Assembly (NCBI GenBank): GCA_964106915.2
Contig: OZ066926.1
Length of the DNA: 64,000 bases
Source: Podarcis gaigeae
Lineage: Eukaryota
Reading direction: 5' to 3' (one strand)
The stretch's first letter is position 1, and the number at the start of each line of letters is the position of its first letter. This document shows, piece by piece, positions 38,025-50,779 of the stretch. The notes beneath the pieces were generated by a model. The model did not search any database. It was not told the DNA's origin and was given only the letters and a program-made list of their open reading frames with translations. Position numbers and translations under genes: made by a program.

Positions 38025-38560
38025 GTTGTATTATTATTATTACTATTACTATTAATTGAATTTGTATACCACCTTTCATCCACAGATCTCACGTCAGTTC
38101 ACAATATAAAACACACAATAAGAATAAAATCAAACCAATAATCCCTCTCTCTCAAACATATTTAAATAAAAGGCCTGTTCTTATGGTGCCACCCTCCAGA
38201 CTTTCATAGAGGCCTCAGGATGATCTCAGCCTCCTAGTAGGTTCATATGGGGAGAGGCGCTCCTTGAGATATTGCAGTCCTGAACCATTTAAGGCTTTTT
38301 AGGTCAAAACCAGCACTTTGAATTGGGCCCAGAAACTAATTGGCAGCCAGTGCAGTTGGGCCAGGATCAGTGTAATATGCTCATACCATCTTGCGCTGCT
38401 GAGCAACCTGGCCACTGAATTCTGCACTAGTTGAAGTTTCTGCACCATCATCAGAGGCAACCCTACCCTGAACATGTTGCAGTAATCCAGCCTAGAGGTT
38501 ACCAGAGCATAGTGAACAGTAGTTGGGCTGTCCCTGACCAGATGGGGTGCAGCTGGGCCA
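38025..38560 (-). mobile_element. L2 LINE fragment (RT C-terminus and 3' end)
   Basis: ALVTSRLDYCN...LQLVQNSVARLL...HITLILAQLHWLPISFWAQFKVLVLT. Confidence 0.85.
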
Positions 38561-38634
38561 CCAGCCCAGTATTCAGTTATTGCAGAAACATTCTTGTGCA
38601 TTTGGCATTGTACTTGCAGAATGGTTTGCATCTA

Positions 38635-38822
38635 CAGTGGTACCTCTGGATACGAACTTAATTCGTTCCGGGGGTCCGTTCTTACCCCAAAGCATTCGCA
38701 TCCAGGGGTGCCTGTTCTGCACATGCACGCAGGGCGGAAACCTTTCCGTTACTTCCAGGTTTGCCACATGTGTAGCCCAAAGGATACGTATCCAGAGGTG
38801 TTCGCAACTAGAGGTACCACTG
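38635..38822. mobile_element. Tc1/mariner (Tigger-like) MITE
   Basis: TA|CAGTGGTACCTCT ... AGAGGTACCACTG|TA. Confidence 0.85.
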
Positions 38823-39614
38823 TAGTTGCTGGTTGTAAATTAGATTAGTGTAATCCCTGTGCTTCTTTCCTCTTGCACATTGCTCATTTTGGGGAGGGGT
38901 TGCAGCTAACAGGGCACAGCACATGCCTTGCATATGGAAGGTCCCAGGTTTAATCACTGGCCTCTGCAGTCAAGGCTGGGAGAGACCCTGGAGAGCTGCT
39001 ATCCATCATTGTTGACACTGCTGAACCAAATGGACCTCTGTCACAACCTATCACATTAGTGCTGTCATGGGCAATTTTGAGAATAGTTTCCTTCCCAACT
39101 TCTCTTTTACCTAAGCTTCTGATCAAAGAGAGAAGGTGGACAACTAGTTGGCAACACTTTATAGCATACAAAATGTCCCAAAGTCTTTGAACATTGATTG
39201 TCTTCACAAGCCTCTCTATGTGAGCGATTGTTTATTTGGCACCATTCCGCAGATGAAAAACATGAGGCAGAGGGGGAAATTGCCACCAAAATTAACTTTG
39301 TAGTTTTGTGTACATTTACTAAGCCGTAAGTCCCACTATTTTCAGTCCAACTTAACCGCCATCTGTACAATACCTTTAAACGCTTTGATACCACTTTAAA
39401 TGGTCTTGGCTTCCCCAAAATAATGTTGGGAACTGTAGTTAGTTAAGGGTGCTGAGAGTTGTAAGGAGACTTTATTTCCCTCAGAGAGCTACAATTCCCA
39501 GAGTTCCCTGGGAAGAAAGCATCAGGTTGGTGAAGGCTGGCACAGTATATGCTGCCCAGTCATAAAGAAATCCAACATTTCTATATCTCAGAAAGGAGGA
39601 AGGTGTGGTTGTAA

Positions 39615-40025
<411 letters not shown>

Positions 40026-40105
40026 TAATATGGAAAGGGAGGGCAAAGGGACAGGCCAACGAGACTCCCCCAAGTATCCTGTCAACCCCTTTGTTGACTC
40101 TTCAG

Positions 40106-40213
40106 CTCTACAGATTTCTTGCTCGACGGACCAATGCAAAATTCAACAAGGTGATTCTGAAAAGGCTCTTTATGAGCCGCACCAACAGGCCTCCGCTGTC
40201 CGTTTCCCGCATG
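40106..40213 (+). CDS. RPL18: RPL18 exon 3
   Basis: ttcag|[36 protein letters not shown]|gtaag. Confidence 0.98.
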
Positions 40214-40611
40214 GTAAGTGCAGATTCCGCTCCCAATCTCTCTATTTATCTTTTTTTATACACTTCTACGGGATGCCCTACATAGCAATTCTCAGTTGCT
40301 ATCTTTCACACCAGCCCTCCAGATCCAAGTTCAGGAATAAACAGCCACCTCTGTTGTGATTTTGCCAGCATTTTTCAAGCAGTGGAGCAAGGCAGGAAGA
40401 AAGGAAAGGAGCAGGACTATGGCCCATGGTGTGGCTTTTCCCTATTTAAGGGTATCCAAAGAGCTTGGCTAGATGTGTCGAAAGGTTCAATTTGCAGAGC
40501 ATTCTGTTCCTACTGTGGCCAACCAGATGCCTATGAGAAACTCACAGGCAGAACTTGAGAGCAACAACAGCACTCTCCCTGCTTCTGATTCCCAGCAACT
40601 GTTGTTTGGAT

Positions 40612-40830
40612 TTGATATCCCGCCTTTCACTCCCTTTAAGGAGTCTCAAAGCAGCTAACATTCTCCTTTCCCTTCCTCCCCCACAACAAACACTCTGTGA
40701 GGTGAGTGGGGCTGAGAGACTTCAGAGAAGTGTGACTGGCCCAAGGTCACCCAGCAGCTGCATGTGGAGGAGCGGAGACGCGAACCCGGTTCCCCAGATT
40801 ACGAGACTACCGCTCTTACTGCCGCATACT
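40612..40830 (-). mobile_element. MIR-like SINE nested in a CR1-type 3' fragment
   Basis: gactggcccaaggtcacccagcagctgcatg...gcgaacccgg. The flanks rejoin a CR1-like gcaactg...catactgcctcc segment. Confidence 0.6.
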
Positions 40831-41459
40831 GCCTCCGACAGGGGAGATGAAATATCTCCATTGTGTCTAGTAGCCATTGATATCCTCCACAAACTTGTCC
40901 TCTTTTAAGCCCATCCAGATGGGCGGCATATAAATAATAGAGTAATAATAATGCTTATTATCATCATCGTCCAAGTTGGTGGCAGTTAGTTGCATCTTGT
41001 GTGAACAAGTACCATAGTTTAAGTATGCATATTGTGAAGGCTTTCTTTTCTCTGTCCTGGATCTTCCAACTTTCAGCTGCTTAGGTTCTAGTATTATGAG
41101 AGAGAGAGAATAACTTTTCCCTTCCCATGTCTTTATCATGTCGATCCCCCCCCCTCACTTTTTTTTCTAAACTAAAAAGGGCAATGCACTCCTTCCCCAA
41201 CCCCAAAGCAGTGGGTTGCTGTGCAGGTTGGTGGCCCAATAAATCTAGTGAGATATGCAGCTGATCATGCTAATGCAAGTTATAGGAGGAAATGGAGGGG
41301 CAGATCCATTCTCCCGCTGTCCCAGTTAAAGTAACCTGAGCGTACAAGGGTGCGCATTCATATATAAAAAAGGAGCCCACTCCTCATATAGTTAAACCAC
41401 TGCCTGCTGTTCAGACAGTTAATACGTGCACATTCACTGTGATCACTCTCCCTCTCCAG

Positions 41460-41558
41460 ATCCGTAAGATGAAGCTCCCAGGCCGGGAGAACAAAACTGC
41501 TGTGGTGGTGGGTACAGTGACCGATGATGTTCGCATCCAGGAAATCCCCAAACTGAAG
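41460..41558 (+). CDS. RPL18: RPL18 exon 4
   Basis: tccag|[33 protein letters not shown]|gtagc. Confidence 0.98.
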
Positions 41559-41995
41559 GTAGCTTGGCTAGTTGTTGGTGGAGGAGCTCTTCAAAGGGAA
41601 GGAACTCAAGAGGCTTGAGGCAGCAGGAGGGATGTTGCTTTGACAGCCTTGAAAACTGGAGGTGTATAGGAATGCCTAATAGGCATGTGATGGCATGGAA
41701 GTGGTTGGCGCATGCCACTTATAATTGTACATGCAGTTGATGACTGGCCAGTGCTTGGACTGCAATCTGTTTATGAGTTTTAGTTCATTAATTAACTAAG
41801 CATTCCAAGTCTGCTGCCTGGTTAACCAGGTGAGCATCTTTTAATTCCAATCAGAATGTTTTGATGCAATCAATTAATTGCATCCCTAGTTATAATAATT
41901 AGGTTGGGGTATAGATGAAGGTGCAAATTTTATTTTTGGAGCAACAAATGACATACTTCATCTCACGTTGCAACCCGTTTCCCTTTTCCTCCAAG

Positions 41996-42119
41996 GTTTG
42001 TGCCCTGAGAGTGACCCGAGGAGCCCGTACCCGCATCCTGAAAGCTGGTGGCCAGATCATGACTTTTGACCAGTTGGCCATGGCTGCCCCCAAGGGCCAA
42101 GGAACTGTGCTGCTTTCTG
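41996..42119 (+). CDS. RPL18: RPL18 exon 5
   Basis: ccaag|[42 protein letters not shown]|gtgag. Confidence 0.98.
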
Positions 42120-42205
42120 GTGAGTCAGGAGGATGGTGCCAAGCTCTCGAGGCTTGCGAAGTTCTTGCAGATGCTAGTTTGCTGCTGATGCCTCAGTATG
42201 ACTAA

Positions 42206-42304
<99 letters not shown>

Positions 42305-43032
42305 TGAGTACCTCAGGCTCCAGGTCTCCTGCTAGCCTCTTCCCATTTTCCTGTATTTGCCTAAAGCTATGCTGCACTTCAAGATAACTGTAGGTTTTTA
42401 AGGAAAAAATAGGACTTTTCTCCTGTTTACACAATCACTTTATTACTTCCTGTTCTTCTGTGGTATAGCTTCAGTATTATACTTACAAAGGGCCCTAAAA
42501 GGCCTTTTCTGACCTTTGAATCCCATTCTTCCAAGGAATCAAGTCTTGGAAGTCTCACCATAGTGTTCTGAACCCCATAGCTGCCTAAGAGAGTTAATTA
42601 GGCTATCCTGTGACCATTAAAACAGGCTTCCCACACCCAATCCCAAGTATTTCAACTAGGTGGCAACACTTTATAGCATACAAGACACATTCTCTTGCAT
42701 GGTTTGCCATACAGCCATGGCCCCCCATTTGCCTCTTTTTCTCTGTACTCTAGAAGTTGGAGAGGGGTTTGGATTCAGATTACAGCTCTTGGATTTCAGA
42801 AGCTCTGGGGATTTTGGGAGAGGAAGCAGAGTAAATTCCATTGACGCCTTCTCACTTTTTCAGGCAGCTAAGACAGTCTGTGGGAGGGGGAGCCTTTTTG
42901 GGGTTAGGGAGGTGAAGGATAGGTGGGAGCAAGAGAGCCCCACGATTCTGCAGCACCTCTGAATTCAGAGGCTATTCCTTCCTGAAGCAGTGTATCTACT
43001 AAGCAAGAGCAGGCTCCTATTTGTGTTACTAA

Positions 43033-43134
<102 letters not shown>

Positions 43135-43961
43135 ATTGGGTCTTGAAAATTTGAAGGCTATGCTGCGATGGATTAAATTTGCTATTCTGAATATAAATTT
43201 AAAAACCCCATGTCGTGTCGTTTGTTAAGACGGTCAAGTGCTAGGAAGATTGTAAAGGCAGGCTGTAGACCCAACAACGTCTGGTTTGCCTGAACATCAG
43301 TCTTTCTCAGGATGTCTCTCCCCTCCCAACCTGCTTTGAGTCTTCCCACAATCTTTACTGAACATGAGTGGATGAGGTGACCCAATAATTATACTATACA
43401 ATTATACTTATAATTATAATTATACTATACAATAATTATGTCTTCTTAAAACATGAGAGCAAATGTAGCGTAGCGAAATTAGTGATGCAGCTATCCCACT
43501 GATGATAAAGAAGTGTTTTGGAAATGTCAGACATAAAAGAAAAGTGTCAGGGAGGGAGGGAGGGAAGACTTCTTAAAGAGAAGTATTTGCAGGAGCTGGA
43601 GGGTGGAAGACATGTTGGTTGGAAAAAGCACCCCTGCTGGTGCTTATCAGTTACTGAACTACAATTTTAAAATACAGTTTAGGGAAGACTTTTTTTTTAG
43701 ATAAAAGTTTGCTAAATGGGTCTGGGGGTGCTCAACCAAGATAACAAATGAATTTTGGATTAGTTTCATGGTTGCTATCTCTGGTGGTCAAGGAAAGCAG
43801 AAACAGGTGTCCTAAAAGGTGCGTTCATTCTGCAGCACGGATTCTGACACACCAAGTAGGGCCCAGCAATAAAATTACAGTGCAGGTGTGAAAATAGGAG
43901 CAGCGTTCAATGAAGGTGACACAGAAGTGTGAGACTGTTGGGGGAGCAGGACTCCTTTGCC

Positions 43962-44429
43962 CTAGCCTAGCCCCATGGGGTCGTGCAGCAGGCAAGCCAG
44001 GTAGCAGGAAATGGTCCACGCCCTGCCCACTTGGCCTTCCATGTTCTGCGGGTGAACAACACGCAGGAAGCGGTAGCCAAAAGCCTTGTCCGCCAGGCTC
44101 CGCAAGCTCAGCACTTGCCTCTTGGCCGCCTCCTGCTGGGCTGTCAACTCCACAGGCCCTGCCTGCAGGAACGGCGGCAACACAGGCAGTTCTTTGCCAG
44201 TCCCGGCACCGAAGGTCAGGAACCCGCTGGGAGCAGCCAGAGCATAGCCGTGCACCGAATACCGAGCCCTAGGAACCTGAGGGGCATCTCCTCCTCTGCC
44301 TCTTGACCGCCCCTGGACTTCGAACAACAGTTCTGCGCAGTCCAGAGCCACCAGTGGCACGTCATGGTGCCTGAGTGGCTGCTGTGGCTTGAAAGCATCT
44401 ATGTAGCGCTGGCTGCAGGCGACGGGGAT
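43962..44429 (-). CDS. Transposase-derived gene, last exon: degenerate DDE_Tnp_4-like (ISL2EU/Harbinger-type) domain
   Basis: Acceptor ctcctccctccag|ATC (phase 0); 156 codons to TAG. Motifs ALDCAELLFE, ALAAPSGFLTF, LPPFL, LRSLADKAFG and WTISCYLAC line up with IIDCTE, GITPxGxISF, IPPF, RIHVERAI and VCxxLxN of ISL2EU transposases. Confidence 0.8.
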   Translation of the reverse strand: MPVACSQRYIDAFKPQQPLRHHDVPLVALDCAELLFEVQGRSRGRGGDAPQVPRARYSVHGYALAAPSGFLTFGAGTGKELPVLPPFLQAGPVELTAQQEAAKRQVLSLRSLADKAFGYRFLRVVHPQNMEGQVGRAWTISCYLACLLHDPMGLG

Positions 44430-45378
44430 CTGGAGGGAGGAGAAGACATCTGTAAGAGTGGCCGGCTGCATCAGGGCAGTGACCCATCTTGTCCAGCATC
44501 CTGCTCTCACAGTGGCCCACCAGGAGCCTGTGGGAAGCCTGCAAGCAGGATCTGAGCATAACGGTACCCTCTCCCTGCTACCTGATTTCCAGGAACTGGT
44601 ATTCAGAAGCATGACTGCCTCTGACAAAGGCATTTCTAGGTTAAAAACAGGAATGGGGAACCTCAGACTCTGGGACGAATCTGGCCCTCCAAGCTACTCT
44701 TACCTGGCCCTTGGGACTCTCCTCAGGCCACACCCCTCTCCCTAAGCCACACTCCTCACTGGCCCTGCTTTGCTCCTTAACTGTTTTTGCCTGCCTGAAT
44801 TCTTGATCTTTGATGAGACGTCTTCCTTGCCTGGACAGGAGATAGATGGTATGCAGAAAAACTAGCCTGCTGTACAAAGGTAAAGTACATTTGTTCCCCT
44901 GCCCACCCTTAGCACATGGCCCCCAAGAAAGAAATGTGGCCCTCATGCTGCAAAAGATGAATGCAAACATAGGCCAAATTGCTTGATGGCTGGGGGCTCT
45001 CATCTCTGGATTGTGAGTTTCAAGGAATGAGGAGAGGGTCAACAGGAAAGGGTGCAGTAGTTCTGCCTTCTGTTTTGATTTGAGAACTGATGGGGGCAAA
45101 AGAAATTGGAAAGCAAGGATGCACATGCCACAGTCCAAACCCACAGAAAAGTTGTGAAGTCCCTCCTCTGAAACCAATAGGACCAGTTGTGGCTAACATA
45201 CACCACTTAATTTTTATGGGGACTTCACAGCTGGGTTAATTTTCATTGGGATTTGTGCTCTTAAATACCATTTTTACTACTGAATTCAAAAATGTTCTCT
45301 GTTGGGAGGGGCAACAGCCTAAAAATTAAGTGGGGGGGGGGGCGGGATCCAAACCACAGACAACAGAATGTGCTTCTA

Positions 45379-46211
45379 CAGTGGTGCCTCGCAAGACGAA
45401 ATTAATTCGTTCCGCAAGTTTTTTCGTCTTGCGAAGCACGGTTTCCCATAGGAATGCATTGAAAATCAATGCGTTCCTATGGAAACCGCCTTCAGACCAG
45501 GTCCGGGGACAGTCTGTCCCCCGACCTCTTCTGAAGGCTGAGGGGGGGGACAAGGGCTTTTCTTCCCACCCCCAGCATTTTAAAAAACCCCGGGACAGCA
45601 GAGGACTTCTCCGCTGTCCCGTCCGTTTCTCCGCTCTCCCGGGAAGGCAGGCAGGGGGGAGCAAAGACTTTTGCCCCCTGCCTGCCTTCAAAAGCCGTCC
45701 GGGATAGCGGGAAGCGCTTCCCTGCTATCCCGGACCGCTTTTAAAATGCTGGCGGTGGGGAGCAAAGCCTTTCGGCCCCCGCCGGCCATCCAGGACCTCT
45801 TCTGAAGGCCAGCGGGGGGGTGAAAGTCTTTGCTCCCCCCCCCCGCCTGCCTTCAAAAGCCGTCCGTTTCTCCGCTCTCCCAGGAAGGCAGGCAGGGGGG
45901 AGCAAAGACTTTTGCCCCCTGCCTGCCTTCAAAAGCCGTCCGGGATAGCGGGAAGCGCTTCCCTGCTATCCTGGACCGCTTTTAAAATGCTGGCGGTGGG
46001 GAGCAAAGCCTTTCGGCCCCCGCCGGCCTTCCTGGACCTCTTCTGAAGGCCGGAGGGGTGGGGAAGGCTTTGCTCCCCACCGCCAGCATTTAAAAGAGGT
46101 CCCCGGAGATTTCCCTATGGGCTTTCTTCTTGTGAAGCAAGCCCATAGGGAAATTCGTCTTGCGAAGCAACTCGCAAACGGAAAACCCTTTCGTCTTGCG
46201 GGGCACCACTG
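45379..46211. mobile_element. Tigger-like non-autonomous element with internal ~241-bp tandem duplication
   Basis: TA|CAGTGGTGCCTCGCAAGACGAAA ... TTTCGTCTTGCGGGGCACCACTG|TA. The internal unit repeats at 45621 and 45862. Confidence 0.85.
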
Positions 46212-46559
46212 TACAGCACACTTTTCTTCCCTTTCTACACATGGGGCTGGGAGAACAGTGTGAACTGGACTTCTGGACTTCATCCACCGGGGGCAGTGCA
46301 GGACTGTAGCAGAAGAGCCCTTCTCAACCAGCCTTGTGCCCTCCAACTCGCTGGGGCTGATGGGTATTGCACCTCAAAAGCCTCAGAAGAGAAAGTTTGC
46401 GACCATGCACCATTTGAAGGCTCCTTACCACCCACCCTTCAGTCCCCACCCAATTATTCTATGCTCCTTTCACCAACACCATTGCACCTCTCCTTAACTC
46501 TCTGGTGTTGTTTTTCCGGGGTGTGTAGAAAGGAGGAGCTCTTGCCCCGCTTTACTCAC

Positions 46560-47078
46560 TTGTCTCAACCTCTGCTCCATGAGCTCCGTCCAGCTGGCCC
46601 AGTAGCGGGAGGCCGTGGATTCGGAGATGTGGAACCGGAAGGCCAAGTCCTGAAGCAGCAGGCCCAGGCGCAGGCGGACGAGCACCAGGAAGAGCTGGTT
46701 GTCGGGACTGAGGGCGCTGTGGGGGCTGCCTTCCGGGGCCCCCACCTCCCCATGCTTGCCCTCGAGGAGGAAGTCCAGAAAGGCCACCAGGCGGGGGTAC
46801 CTGTCGAAGCCCGTGTAGAACCTCAGCCGCTTGCCGTCGCCCTTGACGCTCTCGAGGGAGAACGCCCCGTGGTGCGCCTGGGCCTCGCGCTGCCCCCTCA
46901 GCTGCCTGCTCAGCGAGAGGACGGTGGCGCCGCTGGCATCCAGCTCCTTGCGCATGCGATGTCCTGCAGACTCCAGCTGCTCCCGCTCCCAGCGTAGGTT
47001 CTGGTTCTCTTCCTCCAGCTGCGAGACGCGCTCTCCGAGGTGGGAAAGGAGAGCCCAGTTCTCGCCGTCCGCGCTCTC
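46560..47078 (-). CDS. Transposase-derived gene, internal exon: coiled coil, FYTG motif and HTH_Tnp_4-like domain
   Basis: cacacag|GAG ... CAA|gtgagt, 519 nt, phase 0-0. Encodes RVSQLEEENQNLRWEREQLE...LRFYTGF...LSPDNQLFLVLVRLRLGLLLQDLAFRFHISESTASRYWASW. Confidence 0.88.
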
Positions 47079-47214
47079 CTGTGTGCGGTGAAGGACAAAA
47101 TGGTGGCGTTGGCATGGCTTTCCCCAAAGTTGCCCCCACCCAACTCTGCTCCCTGCCCACCTAGTCAGCCCGGACACTGAGGTCCAGTTCCAAGGGCCTT
47201 CTGCCACTTCTCTC

Positions 47215-47682
47215 ATGGCAAGAAGTGAAGTTACAGGGAACCAGGCAGAGGCCCTTCTGGGCAGTGGTTCCTGCCCTGTGGAACACTCCTGTCAGATGCC
47301 AAGGAAATAAACAACTACAGTGGTACCTCGGGTTACAGACGCTTCAGGTTACAGACTCTGCTAACCCAGAAATAGTACCTCGGGTTAAGAACTTTGCTTC
47401 AGGATGAGAACAGAAATCGTGTGGCGGCAGCGCAAGGCCCCATTAGATAAAGTGGACCTCAGGTTAAGAACAGTTTCAGGTTAAGAATGGACCTCCAGAA
47501 TGAATTAAGTTCTTAACCCGAGGTACCAGTGTATCTGAGTTTTAGGAGACATCTGAAGGCAGCCCTGCATAAGGACATTTTTATGTTTTTTATTGTGTTT
47601 TTATATTTTACTGGAAGACTCCCAGGGTGGCTGGGACAACCCGGTCAAGATGGGCAGCGTATAAATAATAAAATTATTATTA
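47215..47682 (+). mobile_element. L2-type 3' fragment split by a Tigger-like MITE
   Basis: aaggaaataaacaacTA|MITE|TAtctgagttttaggagacatctg. The contiguous version is seen in other copies (480-540, 48415-48460). Confidence 0.75.
47318..47531. mobile_element. Tigger-like MITE family A, copy 1
   Basis: TA TSD and CAGTGGTACCTCGGGTT TIR. Confidence 0.88.
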
Positions 47683-47700
47683 GTCACTGGTCACCCTCAC

Positions 47701-47945
47701 CTGCAGCTCTCGGTGTTCTTTCTGGTTGGCTTCCACCGCTCCCTGCAGGCTAAGAAGGCGCTCGCTCTGGCGGTGGGCTGTGTCCTGCAACTCCCTCACA
47801 AGCCTCTTCAGGGCATGTCCTCCTTCTGGTATGCAGTATGCGCCGTGGTCATGCAATGCAGCCATGCCCTCGCAACAAGGTGACACGCTGGTGTTTTTCA
47901 CCTGCTCAGCTGCCACAACCAGGTCACCAGGACCAGAAGGAAGGC
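47701..47945 (-). CDS. Transposase-derived gene, upstream exon: DHxxY motif and start of coiled coil
   Basis: tttgtccaatag|GC ... CAG|gtgagg, 245 nt (phase 1 to 0), in frame with the next exon. Encodes LPSGPGDLVVAAEQVKNT...LHDHGAYCIPEGGHALKRLVRELQDTAHRQSERLLSLQGAVEANQKEHRELQ. Confidence 0.7.
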
Positions 47946-48151
47946 CTATTGGACAAAGATTGACTTATTGGTATTTCAACAGCGTGGTTGTTGCTTCAAG
48001 GGTCCTCCTTATTCCTGGCCCTTGGTGCCCTTTCCCCCCCTTCCCAAGAAGCTCTGGGAAATGTAGTGCCCTGAAAGGCTAAGGGCACAGTAACAAATTT
48101 GCTCACCTGGTGTCATCTCTGTCCTCCACCCTCCCCATGCCAAACTGTTTT

Positions 48152-48566
48152 ATCCTAGAAGACCTACAGTGGTTCCCAGTACGTTTCCAAGCACAATTCA
48201 AAGTGTTGGTGCTGATTTTTAAAGCCCTCAACGGCCTTGGCCCAGTAGACCTGAAGGAGCGTCTCCACCCCCATCGTTCAGCCCGGACACTGAAGTCCAG
48301 CTCTGAGGGCCTTCTGGCGGTTCCCTCCCTATGAGAAGTGAGGTTACAGGGAACCAGGCAAAGGACCTTCTTGATAGTAGCGCCCACCCTGTGGAACGTC
48401 CGCCCATCAGATGTCAAGGAAATAAACATCTGACTTTTAGAAGACATCTGAAGGCAGCCCTGTTTAGGGAGGTTTTTAATGTTTGATGTTTTATCATGTT
48501 TTTAATATTCTGTTGGGAGCCGCCTAAAGTGGGTGGGGTATAAATATATTACTTACTTACTTACTT
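48152..48566 (+). mobile_element. L2 LINE 3' fragment with (TTAC)n tail
   Basis: LQWFPVRFQAQFKVLVLIFKALNGLGPVDLKERL. Confidence 0.85.
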
Positions 48567-50779
48567 GAATCTTTTAGCTTCAACACTGGGATTTTTATTG
48601 ACCGAACTGCTTCACTGTGTGGCTGTATTACATTATTATTGCTGGATTTATTTGTGGGGTGTGGGTTTTGGCTTCAGGAACCTATTGAAGAGCTGGGGGC
48701 CAAATAAGAAGTTTAATTACTTGGGCAGGTATATCTTTGGTATCTGGTATCTTGAAGTAGGAGTGATTCAATTTATTAAATATATTTTTATCCCATTCTT
48801 CAGGCAACCCTCAACCCCACCCCACAACAATCCAAACCAATAGTGGCAGGCACTGTGTGTCTAAAGCTGGGACAGACAGCCTCGGGCTCAAGGACCAAAT
48901 GCCCTCTGTATTTGGCCCTTGAGACTCTTCCCCCAAACCAGACCCACTCCTTGGCTCTGCCTCTGCCTGTGAATGGCTGCTTTGAGTCTGCACTTAATGA
49001 TTTCTTGTGGCATGGAAGTTACTCTGCTGCAGTCGTGGAAAACTGGAACCCCAACCTCTGGCTGTTGACTAGAGCTGGTTATCTGCACTGAGGAATCTGC
49101 ACCGGCTGCTAATGTGCTACTGGGCCAGATTGAAGGTGCTGAGTGTATAAAAGCCTTGGGACCACCTTTCCCTATGTATTCCTACCTGTTATTCTGATAT
49201 GTTCTGCAGCAGCGTTGCTAGCTGGTCCCTTGTGCCACATGGAGTTGAGTACAGCAGACTCTATACTATGGAATTTAATCAATTTGTTGATTCACTTTTT
49301 ACTCTACCTTAAAAACCTGTTTATTTTTGCAAAGTTACCCTGCCATGTGAGCAGTTTTACATTCTTCTGATCTTTGCTTTTACCCTTAATTTTATGTACA
49401 CCACTCTGAGAAGATCTCCCCCTTTTCATTTAGTGGTATAGAAATTTATGTACGTATAAATAGATAAGCCTTAGAAAGTCCAAGCTCGCCTCTTTGCCAT
49501 CCCAAAGAAACAAGGGATTCTGTGTTTCCAAGAAGCCCATACACCTCCTCTTGCCAGCAAACCAGTGAGGATCCTCTCTGATTTTACACTGCACAAGCAC
49601 CCTGTGCTCTCCCAGAAATCTCTGCTTCTAGTGTCCAAGAAGGAGATACTTTGCTGCTGTGTCAGCTGTTAGCTAGGTCTGTGCTCCTTCTTCATGCCTC
49701 CATCTCTGGCCCACAGGGGGCAGCACCCACCCACACTGGCTCATGGCATTCCTGTTAGGAGGAGGATTACATTTTGTGGGCCTCTCCAGACTGATGTTCT
49801 ATTGCAAGTTTCATCCGCAACATGTTCTGTGACACAAAAATAGTGGTGGACTTATTCTGCTTTAGCTTGCGATGCTTCCCTGATACTACCACACGACTGT
49901 TTTGTAGAGCAACAAAAGTGGGACAAAATTAAACCGGAACATGTGTGGCATAAAAATTACAGAATATCAACAGGAAGCTGCAGGATATGGGCATCTGATT
50001 GGAAATGGAGGAATGTGACTACAGGATTGAAAGTGGAATCCTGTCTGATCACTGTGATAGCATCATGAACATAGATCATCATGAATGTGCAGTAAGAAGA
50101 ACATCTGGAGGAGTCCCTGTTTCGTAGTACCATGTCTTTCATGTACACAAGAATCACCACAACCCCTCTCCTGATTTGGGGTTAACTTGGAGATTCACCA
50201 TGACCTCACCATGACTTTGTGATGATCTTTCATAAGCAAGCAAGACAAGACCATACAAATTTTTAAAACCTGCATACATCACTGCGACTAACATAACAGA
50301 CATTAAATTTTCACAGCAAATTGTTTCTGCTTCTGCCTCTTATGTGACACACAAGATATCAGAGCAATACAGAAACCTTTTGCTATGTAAATTTAAGATG
50401 ATCTCTGTTTTGTTAGCCGCTGTTACAATATATAGTTTTAGTCAAAAGTGACGAACTGCATCCTTCCAGGATCCAGACTATTTATGGATCATAGCTGTCA
50501 ACTTTTCCTTTTTCTTGTGAGGAATCCTATTCGGAATAAGGGTATTTCTCTTAAAAAAAAGGGAAACGTTGACAGCTATGATATGGGTACATATAAAGAA
50601 AACATTGCTGCAAAAATACTTGGATCCTATTAAAATGTACAAGGAAAAAAGATACAGACGTAATACTCTCTCTCCCCTCCCCTCTCTCTGAGAAGCTATG
50701 AAGCAATAAAGTGCAGATGCATATATGAAGCGTAACAGGGAGGGATTGCTGTCTAAATTTGTGGAGCATCAATACTGAG

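Noticed and set aside
41559-41995. Intronic snoRNA in RPL18 (TGATGA at ~41739)
   Set aside because: No matching CTGA D box or terminal stem at a suitable distance.
46260-46997. 245-aa plus-strand ORF (and the 202-aa alternative minus frame)
   Set aside because: Shadow frames of the GC-rich HTH exon.
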